In this document: in pieces, positions 1 to 9,166 of the stretch
How positions within the stretch are numbered: the stretch's first letter is position 1
Layout: every line of letters starts with the position of its first letter
Origin: a virus
Taxonomy: Duplodnaviria; Caudoviricetes
DNA length: 36,193 bases
IMG/VR virus record: IMGVR_UViG_3300048580_000411
Coordinates: 1-36,193 of that record
Reading direction: 5' to 3' (one strand)
Notes under the pieces: model-generated
What the model saw: only the letters and a program-made list of their open reading frames with translations
The model's database searches: none
Told to the model about the DNA's origin: nothing
Position numbers and translations under genes: made by a program

Positions 1-2
1 CT

Positions 3-569
3 GGTTCGTTTGAACCGCCGATGCTTGACCCCAAGGTGGAGCGGTCGTGGATCGATTCGCAGGTGATCTGGTGGAAGACCACGGTCGGATGCAAGAACGT
101 CTGGTTCGATGCAGCGTCGGTGTTTGGCGAGAACGCGACGCGGCTGCAGAAGATTCGCCAACTGCGCGATTACATCTACGGCAAGGGCATGGGCGTCGCC
201 GGGGGCGAAGCGATCCCGATCATCAACTCGGGCGGGTGGCAGATTGACCTCGCCCGTGCGTTTGACATGCCCTACCTCGTCACGGAAACCGCGCTCGCGG
301 GTTTGACCAACAACGCGAACTATCGCGTGCCAGCGGGTGCGGTGATGTTCTGCGTGATGACGGCTGCGGAAGCGACCCCGACCAACATCACCAAGCGGAT
401 CAACCAGGGCTTCATCGTGGTGCCGTTCCAGGACGTGACAACGGTAGTTGCGCAAGGGATGCTGTCGACTCAGGATCAGACGACGGGCCGCAACCGTGAT
501 CGCACCCGTCGCAGGCGTATGGGACTTGGGAAGTCTCGAAAAGGAGCAAGACCGTGCACATTGGCCTAG
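3..569 (+). CDS. Hypothetical protein, probably 5'-truncated by the window edge
   Basis: The frame is open from position 3 (GSFEPP-MLDPK...) to TAG 569 with GC3-rich codons and an Arg-rich C-terminal tail. No family recognised. Confidence 0.6.
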   Translation, partial: GSFEPPMLDPKVERSWIDSQVIWWKTTVGCKNVWFDAASVFGENATRLQKIRQLRDYIYGKGMGVAGGEAIPIINSGGWQIDLARAFDMPYLVTETALAGLTNNANYRVPAGAVMFCVMTAAEATPTNITKRINQGFIVVPFQDVTTVVAQGMLSTQDQTTGRNRDRTRRRRMGLGKSRKGARPCTLA

Positions 570-1372
570 GACTCAGCAACGACGACGGATCGGTGGCAGG
601 TGCGATTCCAGTCGATGTGAACCTGCTGCTGCACGATCGGCGTGAAACCGAGCGCGACATCATCGCTGGCTGGCCTGAAGACGTGCCGGCGATGCTCGAG
701 CCCAGCCCCCTCGCCGGCGAGCGTGACAAGAAGCGGTTTGCGTGGTGGCAGACATCCAAGCCCGACCTACGCGGGCACGCCACGACGCTGCAAGTCTGCG
801 AACGGTTCGGGGGTCGCACGATCGATTCGGAGCTCAACTTCCTCATGGCTTGCAGCCTGCTCGAGCGTGGGCTCGAGTGGGACGTGGATCGGCACACCTT
901 GCGGCCCAAGGTGCGGGGCGAACAGTGGGCGCTGACGGAGCGGGGGCGCATCATGCGGCGTCTGCTCAGGGAGCATGGCTATGGAACTGCGAACGGTGCC
1001 GTCGATCATGCTTCGCCGGCCAGCGTCCGAATTGCTCGCGACACTCTCCACCAGACAGATGCAAGTGTGCTCCCTGACGGCGGGCGGGATGACGGCGAAG
1101 CAAGTCGCCCTGGCCTTGGGGATCGCGCCAGATCGGGCGCGGAACCACCTGCGGGCGGCGATGACGAAGATTGGGGTGGCAACGCCGCAATCGCTGGGGG
1201 CAGTGTTGGCGTTGTCGGGGCTGGCGTCGGTGCGGGTGGTTCAGGGATCAACCCAGCCTCGAGCAACTCGGGCGGGGGCGACGCGACCCATGCCCGGGGA
1301 ACGGCGAAGAGCGCGTTGTCGGGCGTCGACGTGACCACGCGAAAGCCTTCGCCTTCGGGGAGGAAGGCATAG
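554..1372 (+). CDS. Hypothetical protein; C-terminal half overlaps the LuxR-type gene
   Basis: GTG start with AAGGAG upstream. The first ~140 codons look protein-like; the rest is Gly/Ala-rich and reads like a shadow of the nested genes. Confidence 0.55.
   Translation: MHIGLGLSNDDGSVAGAIPVDVNLLLHDRRETERDIIAGWPEDVPAMLEPSPLAGERDKKRFAWWQTSKPDLRGHATTLQVCERFGGRTIDSELNFLMACSLLERGLEWDVDRHTLRPKVRGEQWALTERGRIMRRLLREHGYGTANGAVDHASPASVRIARDTLHQTDASVLPDGGRDDGEASRPGLGDRARSGAEPPAGGDDEDWGGNAAIAGGSVGVVGAGVGAGGSGINPASSNSGGGDATHARGTAKSALSGVDVTTRKPSPSGRKA
975..1334 (+). CDS. LuxR/GerE-type helix-turn-helix transcriptional regulator
   Basis: LSTRQMQVCSLTAGGMTAKQVALALGIAPDRARNHLRAAMTKIGV fits the LuxR C-terminal HTH pattern (LT.RE..V..L...G.S.KEIA..L.IS..TV..H......KLGV). 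GGGAG lies upstream of ATG 975/981, and 981 has the better spacing. Confidence 0.8.
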   Translation: MAMELRTVPSIMLRRPASELLATLSTRQMQVCSLTAGGMTAKQVALALGIAPDRARNHLRAAMTKIGVATPQSLGAVLALSGLASVRVVQGSTQPRATRAGATRPMPGERRRARCRAST

Positions 1373-1560
1373 AGCCGCCAGTTCCACGCTCGATCTTCGC
1401 TCCAGGCGAACAACGGGCGACATTGGGGGTCTATGGACCATGTAGGCTGTGAGCGGGCGAAGTCGACGATCTCGCTCCAATCGCGATTGAGAAGGAATCT
1501 GGCGCAGTGGAGCGCGAGCGGGCGGGCGAAGTCGGGAGTGCGGGACGGTTCAAAGAACAT
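1006..1560 (-). CDS. Hypothetical Trp-rich protein, convergent with and overlapping the LuxR gene
   Basis: The first ~100 codons (1560 to ~1250) use this phage's typical C/G-ending codons (TTC, GCC, CGC, GAC, CTC, ATC). A -10-like TACGCT lies 8 nt before the ATG. Confidence 0.45.
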   Translation of the reverse strand: MFFEPSRTPDFARPLALHCARFLLNRDWSEIVDFARSQPTWSIDPQCRPLFAWSEDRAWNWRLYAFLPEGEGFRVVTSTPDNALFAVPRAWVASPPPELLEAGLIPEPPAPTPAPTTPTLPPAIAALPPQSSSSPPAGGSAPDLARSPRPGRLASPSSRPPSGSTLASVWWRVSRAIRTLAGEA

Positions 1561-1586
1561 GCGCGTGAAGCGTAGAAAGGCAAGTC

Positions 1587-2270
1587 ATGGAAGGCATCAA
1601 CAGCATTCAGAGAACGGGCGTTGCGACGGTCCAAATCCCCTGGCAGGTGTGCGGGGAAACCAAGCTGGTGACGGAGTACGGCGGCTCGACGGCGGCGGTG
1701 ACGGATACCGCGGTGCTTGCGGCGACGACTGTCAACGGCCAAACCCGCACCCTGAATGAAACTGACGGGTTTGAATTCAGTACGGCAAGCGAATTTCCAC
1801 CACGCCGGTGGTTCTACCCGGGCAACGGCAACTTCGTCAACATCAAGTTTGCGATGGCGGCGACCAACTCGGGCGCGGCCCCCAACGACGTGGCGACGGT
1901 GACGCTGGCCCGGGCCGTGCTCGCCGGCGGGTTCAACAACTCGGCGCCGTGCATCACCAAAGAAGTCTTCTTCAAGGCATTGGTCAAGGCGAGCGCCGTG
2001 GTCGACGCGGCTCCGATCCCGCTGTCGGCGGCTGAGATCGCCCGCTACATCCCGGCGAACAAGCAGAGTCTGTACTGGTACTGGCCGGCGGTGATCGAAC
2101 AAAGCCTCAACGCCGACAACAACACGCGAGTGGTGGGGAGCGTGCCCCCGTACCTCGAGTGCGACTTCAAGGGCAACCCCATCGTGGAAGTCTGGGAGTC
2201 GTGCAACAACGCTGCGACGGGCACCACCCGCGGCTGCGAAGGGATCATCTCGCTCTGGAGGCCGCTGTGA
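1587..2270 (+). CDS. Hypothetical protein, possibly virion-associated (Thr/Ala/Val-rich)
   Basis: 227-aa ORF with AAGG upstream and typical codon usage. Its stop overlaps the next start (GTGA). Confidence 0.7.
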   Translation: MEGINSIQRTGVATVQIPWQVCGETKLVTEYGGSTAAVTDTAVLAATTVNGQTRTLNETDGFEFSTASEFPPRRWFYPGNGNFVNIKFAMAATNSGAAPNDVATVTLARAVLAGGFNNSAPCITKEVFFKALVKASAVVDAAPIPLSAAEIARYIPANKQSLYWYWPAVIEQSLNADNNTRVVGSVPPYLECDFKGNPIVEVWESCNNAATGTTRGCEGIISLWRPL

Positions 2271-2719
2271 GTGCGGAAACGCTCGCCATGCCGGGCGACG
2301 GCGGCGGCGTTCCGGTCATCGTGCGGGACAAGGCGGGCCGATTCGCCAACTCCGAATCGGCCCGCGCTGCTGTGGAGTGGCGTAAACAGAAGGGTGGGAA
2401 GTGGCGTGCTGGTCGTACCCCTCAACGGTTCTGGCAAGTGCTGAGAAAAGTCATGAAAGTACATGAGTTTTTAGACACGCCGATGGAGAGCTACGAGCAT
2501 CGCACCCTCATGGAGCTGGTGAGGGATCGCTGCGCTCGCACGGTGGTGGAAGGCCAGGAAGCGCCCGCGGCTACGGTCATGGGTTTTTTGCTCCGCCTCA
2601 AGTACGCGCCGGCCGCGCTGGAAGAGAAGGCCGTCGACAGCACGCACCACGATCTGGATCGCGAGTTGACCGAAAAGGACGTGCAAGAGGCGAAGGAATA
2701 TCTCAAGAGACTCGGCTAG
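2267..2719 (+). CDS. terS: Putative terminase small subunit
   Basis: GTG 2267 overlaps the upstream TGA and has GGAGG upstream. RDKAGRF-type basic N-terminal motif, ~150 aa, immediately upstream of TerL. Confidence 0.6.
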   Translation: MSAETLAMPGDGGGVPVIVRDKAGRFANSESARAAVEWRKQKGGKWRAGRTPQRFWQVLRKVMKVHEFLDTPMESYEHRTLMELVRDRCARTVVEGQEAPAATVMGFLLRLKYAPAALEEKAVDSTHHDLDRELTEKDVQEAKEYLKRLG

Positions 2720-2731
2720 GAGGGTCGAACA

Positions 2732-4618
2732 CTGGCGTTCCACCCGGTCAAACTTGAGGCCGATGCCCCGCCGGGCTTCTATCCGCTGGACTACTCGGGT
2801 AACAGTGTCGTGTGCCCGGTCACGGGGCTGGTGCTGCCCGACGATCCCACCGATCTGGTGGGCCTGAAGAAGTACCGCGCCGTGCTGTATCGCTCTTGCA
2901 AAGAGAGTGAATCGGTGCGGCGGATGACTTGGCACGCCTGCAAGGATTCGTTCTCGTTCTGGGCCAACGCCTTCGCCTGGACGCCTTCTGGCCTGAAGTT
3001 CCGCGACGACATGAAGCAGGTCAATCAAGACCTGGTGATGATGATGTGGCGGCATTGGCCGGTGAATGACGCGATGGACGCGGTGTATGAACACTGCCGC
3101 GACGAAGGGCGCTCACTGATGGTGCCCAAGGCTCGCGACATGCGGGCCACGCTCTACTTCATCCTGCGATTCACGCACAACTTTCTGTTTCGCAGCAACT
3201 ACTACGGGCTGATGCTGGCCCACAAAGAGGACTTGGTGGATGGCAAGAGCATCGAAGGGCTGATGCCGCGTGTGCGGCGGGTGCTCGAGCACCTACCCCC
3301 GTGGATGACGCGGGATCGGCTGGGCGTGAAGTTGTGGAAGAGCAAGCATTGTGTGATCACCAACCTCCGCAACGGGTCAATGATCGCGGGCGCTGCAAGC
3401 ACAGAAGAGCCGGCCACGGGCGAACGTCCCAGCGAAGTGCTCTTTGACGAAGCCGCGAAGAATCCCAACTTCTCTGAGGCATGGGATCAGACTGCCGCGG
3501 CTAGCAAACTCCGTATCGCGGTGAGCACGTACAAGGGCCCGGAGCGGTTCGCGGAATTGGATCAGGAGGGCGTCGAAGTCTTCGGGATGGCGTATCACAA
3601 CCACCCGATGAAGGGCCGCGGGCGGAAGTTCCGCGTGAACACGAATCCGTTCTACCCGGTGAAGGTGGGCAAGCGGTTCGTGTGGTCGCCTTGGTTCGAG
3701 CGTGACGTGTGGGACAAGGCCAAGCAAGCGCCGACCCAGCCCACCGTATCGGTGGCTCAGAACGTGCTGATGGACAAGAATGCCGGGTCGTCGGGCTTCT
3801 TCGACGGCGATGTGATCGAAGCCCTGCTCACGCGGGCGCGGCGGACGATGCCGCTGCGGGGTGCCTTGCTGCGGACGATGGAACCTTCGCCTGAGCGGGA
3901 TGTGGCGATCATCAAGCGCCGCACCGATCTGCTGCGGTTCCAGTCTGGGATGGGCGACACGTTCCGCTGGTGGGATCGCCTACCCGATGGCCGGCCAGTC
4001 CAGAACCTGACCTATGCGATCTTTGCGGACATCTCGCAGGGCCGCGGTGAGTCCAACAGCGTGGCGGCGATCGGGTGTCTGGAGTATGGGACGGTCGTGG
4101 GCATGTACGCGGTGAGTGAGTTTGAACCCGGCGAGTTCATGCGGCAACTGGCCGAGCTTGCGATGTGGGTCGGGGGTCGCGGCGGATGCCCTTTGGTCGG
4201 CTGGGAAGTGAACGGACCCGGCGAGGGCGGGGCGCAGGTCTTCGCGTCGCTCCAGTTTCCGTACCTGTGGGGGCATGAGAACGAACCTGGCTGGCGGTCG
4301 GCGGGCGCTGCGAAGGTCGAAGCCGCGAACCTGCTGAACCTCGCCCTGCAGGATCAAACCCTGAAGGTGGATGATGTGGACTTCTATCGCGAGGCCAAGG
4401 ACTGGGCCTACCTGACGGCGACAACGGTGGGGGCGGTGAAGACCCACAAAGACCCCCAGGCCAAGAACACCCACGGGGATCGCGTGGTGGCGGTGATGGG
4501 CCTGAACCTGATGATGCGGTCGCTCGAGAAGCCCGTGCCCGAAGGGCGCCCGGGCGAGCATGTCGTCGACATGCGCGAGTGGGCGAAGACCGTGAAGCGG
4601 ATGGGGCTGACTCGATAG
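2732..4618 (+). CDS. terL: Terminase large subunit (start uncertain: CTG 2732 or GTG 2810)
   Basis: Walker A variant VPKARDMRAT, Walker B VLFDEAA, coupling motif AVST, RNase H-like nuclease acidic motifs IFADISQG and HGDRVVA. Sits directly before the portal gene. Confidence 0.88.
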   Translation: MAFHPVKLEADAPPGFYPLDYSGNSVVCPVTGLVLPDDPTDLVGLKKYRAVLYRSCKESESVRRMTWHACKDSFSFWANAFAWTPSGLKFRDDMKQVNQDLVMMMWRHWPVNDAMDAVYEHCRDEGRSLMVPKARDMRATLYFILRFTHNFLFRSNYYGLMLAHKEDLVDGKSIEGLMPRVRRVLEHLPPWMTRDRLGVKLWKSKHCVITNLRNGSMIAGAASTEEPATGERPSEVLFDEAAKNPNFSEAWDQTAAASKLRIAVSTYKGPERFAELDQEGVEVFGMAYHNHPMKGRGRKFRVNTNPFYPVKVGKRFVWSPWFERDVWDKAKQAPTQPTVSVAQNVLMDKNAGSSGFFDGDVIEALLTRARRTMPLRGALLRTMEPSPERDVAIIKRRTDLLRFQSGMGDTFRWWDRLPDGRPVQNLTYAIFADISQGRGESNSVAAIGCLEYGTVVGMYAVSEFEPGEFMRQLAELAMWVGGRGGCPLVGWEVNGPGEGGAQVFASLQFPYLWGHENEPGWRSAGAAKVEAANLLNLALQDQTLKVDDVDFYREAKDWAYLTATTVGAVKTHKDPQAKNTHGDRVVAVMGLNLMMRSLEKPVPEGRPGEHVVDMREWAKTVKRMGLTR

Positions 4619-4655
4619 CCTACACTGGTGCGCGACCGTGCCCGGAGTTCCCGGC

Positions 4656-6491
4656 ATGGATGCTGCCACGTACCAAACTCAGGCGACTGGCCCCAGCGAC
4701 CAACCTTCGCAAGAGAACCTTGAGCGCGAGTTGCTCGGTGTCGAGGATGGGCAGTTCTACGCCGATCTGGTCAAGCAGGGCATCTCGTTCATGTCGCGGT
4801 CGGTGACGCTGGGGCGTGAGATTGCCAAGGCGATCGCCGGCCCCCATGTGACGGGCGAGAAGCTCACGCTCAGCATCAACGAAGAAGCCAGCGACCTGCA
4901 GGGCATGGTGTCGATCCTGAGGCGGGTCTACCAAACGTACATGTCCGTGCTCTCGCCCGAAGACATGGAGATCGAAGTCGACGCATCGCGTGAAGAGGCC
5001 AAGATCGAAGCCACGCGACAGAAGTACCGCGCCGAACAACTGGTGCGTGAAACCCAGTTCTTCGACGCGGATCGCGAAGCGGTGTCTCAGGCGCTGCTCA
5101 CCGGGTACAACGTGCGGATGACGCTGCCGGCGTTTGACCTGTTCAGTCTCATCTCGCATGAGGATGTGGAAGAAGGCACGCCGATGACGTTCCCGGTGAA
5201 CGTCATGGACGGCGACTACTCATGCGATCCGCTGGCGCGGACGACTCAGGAGGAGCGGTTCCGTGCGGTGCGGATTCGCATCTCCAAGCGGCTCGCGCTG
5301 CGGGCGGGGCTGCTCAGCCCTGAACAGATTCGCTACGCAAGCGGATGCGGCGAGAACCCCACCGATGGCCAACACGAAGACCTGCTCACGTTCTGGGTGG
5401 TCGTGGTGTATGAGCGCGTTCGCATCCGCTGGGGCATCCTGTACAAGCCCGGAGAAGACGCGTGGCTGATGCCGCTGACGGACTGGGAAGGTCACCCCAA
5501 CGGCCCCATCGAAGCCAAGGCGATCACTCCGTTCCGGCACCAGAACCGGCAAGTGAGCCCGCTGCAGCAACTCGCGCAGGTTCATGCGGCGTGGGACAAT
5601 CTGATGTCCAGCAACACGGCCCGGGCGATCATGGAAAAGACGATCCTCGCCGGCCAAGGGGTGCCGCAACAGAAGATCGAAGAGATCACTTCGTCCCAGC
5701 ACCTTGGTTTCATCCATATGGCAGCTGGGCAAATGCCCGTGCCGATCACCTATGGCGGGCTCACCAACGGCCAGCAAGCGATCCTGCCGATCCTGAACGA
5801 TCAGGTCAACAACGAGTCGGCGAACATCCAGCAATCCTCGGGCAACAAGGGGATCAGCGACACGGCTCGCGAGGCCATGATCCTGCAGAACAACGCCAAT
5901 CGGCTGCTGGCCGATCTGGTGGCGATGTGTGAGAAGGCCCGTTCGCGATGCCTGCAGCGCGTCATGTTCTACGACTACTACGGCTACCAGTCCATCAACG
6001 GTTACACCGTGGGCGTCCCGATCCAGACGATGGAAGGCTCGAAGATTCTGACCAGCACGATCACGCCCCAGGATCGCGAGGCCGACTTCTTCGACATGAC
6101 TTTCAAGGTGAAGACCAGCCCCGCGCGGAACATCGACCCGGCGGTGAAACTCGATCTGCTCATGCAACTGGTTCAAGTCCTGCCCATGATGGTGGCGGGC
6201 ATCGCGCAGATTGGCGGGAACCCCGATCCGCTGCTGCGTGACTTCGCGGCGCTGTCGGGCCTGTCCAGCATCGGCGAGATGTTCCCGACCCAATCGGCTC
6301 AGGTGATCATGCAAGCCAAGATGCAAGAGGCTGCGATGGCTCAGCAAGAGGGTCGCGGGGGCGGCGCTCAGGAACGCCAGCAACGAAGGCCCGCGGCTCA
6401 GGAACAACAGACGACGGAAATGGGGGCGATGGGCCAGCTTGGACCGGCCCCGACGCAACCACAACAGGGAGTACCCAATGCCGCTGCATAA
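4656..6491 (+). CDS. Portal protein
   Basis: ~610 aa directly after TerL, with a DTAREAMIL (TATE-like) motif and a Gln-rich helical C-terminus as in P22/T7-type portals. GGAG upstream of ATG 4656; alternative GTG 4638. Confidence 0.75.
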   Translation: MDAATYQTQATGPSDQPSQENLERELLGVEDGQFYADLVKQGISFMSRSVTLGREIAKAIAGPHVTGEKLTLSINEEASDLQGMVSILRRVYQTYMSVLSPEDMEIEVDASREEAKIEATRQKYRAEQLVRETQFFDADREAVSQALLTGYNVRMTLPAFDLFSLISHEDVEEGTPMTFPVNVMDGDYSCDPLARTTQEERFRAVRIRISKRLALRAGLLSPEQIRYASGCGENPTDGQHEDLLTFWVVVVYERVRIRWGILYKPGEDAWLMPLTDWEGHPNGPIEAKAITPFRHQNRQVSPLQQLAQVHAAWDNLMSSNTARAIMEKTILAGQGVPQQKIEEITSSQHLGFIHMAAGQMPVPITYGGLTNGQQAILPILNDQVNNESANIQQSSGNKGISDTAREAMILQNNANRLLADLVAMCEKARSRCLQRVMFYDYYGYQSINGYTVGVPIQTMEGSKILTSTITPQDREADFFDMTFKVKTSPARNIDPAVKLDLLMQLVQVLPMMVAGIAQIGGNPDPLLRDFAALSGLSSIGEMFPTQSAQVIMQAKMQEAAMAQQEGRGGGAQERQQRRPAAQEQQTTEMGAMGQLGPAPTQPQQGVPNAAA

Positions 6492-6849
6492 TGCCAAGTG
6501 CCGCGAATGTGGCTGGAAGGGCGAAGCGTTCTTCATGCCCAAGGCGGGCATCGAATCGGTCCCGTGCGACGGGTGCGGGGCCAAGGCCCTCGAAGTCAAC
6601 TGGTCGGGCCCGATCCGCGAGAAGTGGGAGCGCCAGTGGGACGAAGAATCAGGCACCAGCGCCCTCTACTTCGCCAAGCGCGAGAACGTGCCCAAGGTCC
6701 GCCGGCGACTGGGCGATGCGGCCAAGTACCTGCGGGACGATGGCTCGTTCGTGACGCGGACGCGAAGCGAACGCCGCGAACTGGATCAGGCGTTCGCCCG
6801 CTGTGCTCGCGAGGATCGTGAGGACATGGAACGGCTCGCGTCCAAGTGA
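6478..6849 (+). CDS. FmdB-like zinc-ribbon protein
   Basis: MPLHNAKCRECG...VPCDGCG (MP.Y/H...CxxCG...CxxCG) with AGGGAG upstream. Such genes commonly lie between portal and scaffold. Confidence 0.75.
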   Translation: MPLHNAKCRECGWKGEAFFMPKAGIESVPCDGCGAKALEVNWSGPIREKWERQWDEESGTSALYFAKRENVPKVRRRLGDAAKYLRDDGSFVTRTRSERRELDQAFARCAREDREDMERLASK

Positions 6850-6904
6850 TGCCCCGTCGGTTTTTGACCGTACACAAGCGGTTTGACCCGTGCTGTGATT
6901 ATGC

Positions 6905-7810
6905 ATGGGAAACCCTGAACTCAAGCCGACCGAATCCGCTGAACATGCCGGGGCCGCGCAGACTGAGGGCACGGACGCTCTCGGTGCGGCCCTTTCCGAC
7001 TTCGCGGCCAAGGTGACCGACGAAGGCGACGAAGCCCCGGTTGGCGATGCGAACGTGGGCGGCGAAGCTCAGGCTGAGGCGGAGCCCCAGTCTGACGCCC
7101 AGCCCGAAGCCTCTGACGATCTGACCACGCGGCTGGCTGAGATTGCCGAACTGCTCAAGCCCAAGGCTGAGGCGACGGCGACTGAGAAGCCCGGCACCGA
7201 AGCCAAGGCCGCGGCGAAAGACACGGGCGACCAGGTTGCCGACGCACTCGAGTCTGTGTTGGCCGAAGAGCTCGGCGAGGCGTCGGGCGCTCGCCTGGCC
7301 AAGAGCATTGGCGCGACCATCGAGAAGATCGTGGCGGAGCGGATTGCCAAGTTCGCCGGCGACGTGAAGCCCGTCATGGACTACGCCGCGGGTATCGCGG
7401 CTGAGAAGCAGAAGACCGCCCTCAACTCCGAGAACGACAAGTTCGTGGATCAGGTGCTGGGCCCGACCATCAAGAGCGATCCGGTCTTGGGCAACCTGTA
7501 CGGATCGACGCGCAGCGCGGCGAACGCGGAACAGAAAGCCCTGCGTGACAAGGTTCGTGAAACGGCGGTGGCCATTGGCCCGGCGCTCCACAAGCAGGGC
7601 AAGAGCGGTGATGAGATCGTGGCGGCGGCTGAAGTGCTGGTTCGGGCGGAATGGCAGAAGGCCAATCGCAGCAAGCCGGCTCAGGCTGCACGCCCGGGTT
7701 TGAACAAGGTGGCCCCGCCCAAGGCGGGGGCGGGTGGGGTGGCGAAGACAAGCGGCCCGGACAAGCTGGGCCAAGCGTTGAAGGACTTTGCGAGCAAGTT
7801 GCCCGAGTGA
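6905..7810 (+). CDS. Capsid scaffolding protein (putative)
   Basis: Acidic, Ala/Glu-rich disordered N-terminus and helical body, directly before the major capsid gene. Confidence 0.7.
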   Translation: MGNPELKPTESAEHAGAAQTEGTDALGAALSDFAAKVTDEGDEAPVGDANVGGEAQAEAEPQSDAQPEASDDLTTRLAEIAELLKPKAEATATEKPGTEAKAAAKDTGDQVADALESVLAEELGEASGARLAKSIGATIEKIVAERIAKFAGDVKPVMDYAAGIAAEKQKTALNSENDKFVDQVLGPTIKSDPVLGNLYGSTRSAANAEQKALRDKVRETAVAIGPALHKQGKSGDEIVAAAEVLVRAEWQKANRSKPAQAARPGLNKVAPPKAGAGGVAKTSGPDKLGQALKDFASKLPE

Positions 7811-7879
7811 TCGGGGGTGGCGGTTGGGACCGCCTGGTGCGTTGAAACAGTCAGGACCGTGCTCTAAGGACGGAGCATT

Positions 7880-9079
7880 ATGGGTATCTCGGTATTTGAC
7901 ACTGCGAGCCTTCTGAACACGGCATCGCTCGGCGACATCAAGGCCGACGACTTCGCGTACATCGCGCGGTCCAATCGGCTTCCGACGCTGAAGATGTTCC
8001 TGAACGGTGGCGGCATCCGCAAGCAGCAGTCCGGCGACTATGACCGCTGGAGCCTGCTCTTCGGCGAAATGGACGGCGCCACGTACGGCACCGACTACAT
8101 GGATGAAATGCGGGTCGTTCCGTACGCGACCAACGTGCTCGCGGAAATGCGGCTGCCGATCATCGAGAACAGCAGCGAAATCTACGACGTGCGTCAGGTC
8201 GCCAGCCACGCCAAGATGGGCAAGACCCGGTTCTGTGACTTTCTGAAGACCATCCAGGATCAGAACAACTACAACATCTCGTTCAAGTGCAACCGGCTCA
8301 TGCTGGGCGTACCCCAGAGCCTGACCGACAAGGAAGCGATCCTCGGGCTGCAGACCTACGCCCAGCCTTCCCGCAACGCCGGCACGGGCGCGATCGAAGC
8401 GAACACCGCGGGCGGCTACACCGGTCAGCGCGTCTTCTGGGGCAACGCCACCCACACGGCGACGCTCAACGGCATCGACCGCTCGCTCGCGGCCAACGCG
8501 AAGTATCGCAACTGGAACAAAAGCATCCCGCACGAAGTGGGCGCTCAGACCATCCGCGCGATCCGCGAAGCGGTGACTGAGACTGGCTTTGAAAGCCTGC
8601 CGATGGCCAGCGAACGCTACTCCACGGGCAACCTCAAGGGTGGCGGGAGTTCGGACCCGGCTGAAATCAACGGTCGCAGCGAAACCTCTACCCGCATCAT
8701 CCTTGGTCGGCAAGACCTGCACGATCTGCAGGAGTACGTCGACCAGTCCAGCCCCGACGACAATCGCGGCGACGCGATCAAGTTCCAGAACACCCGCGTG
8801 GGCGGGTTCAAACTGGAATGGGAGCCGATGCTGGACCCCAACAGCGACGTGACCATGCCCGGCTACGGCACGGTCTGGGCCTACCGCCCCATGTACATTT
8901 TCAACGCGGCGAAGTGGAAGATGGTGAGCAACGGCGGGTTCATGGACCCCACCGACTACATGCCCAGCCCCAAAAACGGCTACCAGGTCTACCGCCAGCG
9001 CTCGGCCCAGTTCAACATCCGCCCCACCAACGACATTCGCAGCGCGATCGCGTTGCTGTACCGCACCACGGCTTCGTAA
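7880..9079 (+). CDS. Major capsid protein (HK97 fold presumed)
   Basis: 399 aa after the scaffold, GGAG SD, strongly biased codons. The NGIDRS...KYRNW segment resembles podovirus-type capsid proteins. Confidence 0.78.
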   Translation: MGISVFDTASLLNTASLGDIKADDFAYIARSNRLPTLKMFLNGGGIRKQQSGDYDRWSLLFGEMDGATYGTDYMDEMRVVPYATNVLAEMRLPIIENSSEIYDVRQVASHAKMGKTRFCDFLKTIQDQNNYNISFKCNRLMLGVPQSLTDKEAILGLQTYAQPSRNAGTGAIEANTAGGYTGQRVFWGNATHTATLNGIDRSLAANAKYRNWNKSIPHEVGAQTIRAIREAVTETGFESLPMASERYSTGNLKGGGSSDPAEINGRSETSTRIILGRQDLHDLQEYVDQSSPDDNRGDAIKFQNTRVGGFKLEWEPMLDPNSDVTMPGYGTVWAYRPMYIFNAAKWKMVSNGGFMDPTDYMPSPKNGYQVYRQRSAQFNIRPTNDIRSAIALLYRTTAS

Positions 9080-9128
9080 GCCGCGGCGGTTTCTGATTGA
9101 GAGTTCTGGTCTGACTCAGGCATTCAAC

Positions 9129-9147
9129 CTCCCGGCCATGCCGGGAG
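9129..9147 (+). promoter_or_regulatory. Perfect 8-bp hairpin between capsid and downstream gene
   Basis: CTCCCGGC-CAT-GCCGGGAG with no U-tract, just upstream of the AAGGAAGG SD of the 9167 gene. Confidence 0.45.
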
Positions 9148-9166
9148 AGCACAAGGAAGGTGAACC

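Noticed and set aside
1344-1368. GCCTTC/GAAGGC hairpin with UUCG loop as a terminator for the LuxR gene
   Set aside because: No U-tract and an irregular stem. It may simply reflect coding sequence (AFLPEGEG) of the minus-strand ORF.
6860-6904. Two TTTGACC motifs before the scaffold gene as a sigma70 promoter
   Set aside because: No -10 hexamer at suitable spacing from either copy.
5220-8722. Long minus-strand ORFs (5220-6656, 6899-8722 and similar ones at 15336-17180, 16906-19143, 24961-26805, 31088-32458)
   Set aside because: They are antisense shadows of GC3-biased + strand genes, rich in Arg/His/Leu and without motifs.
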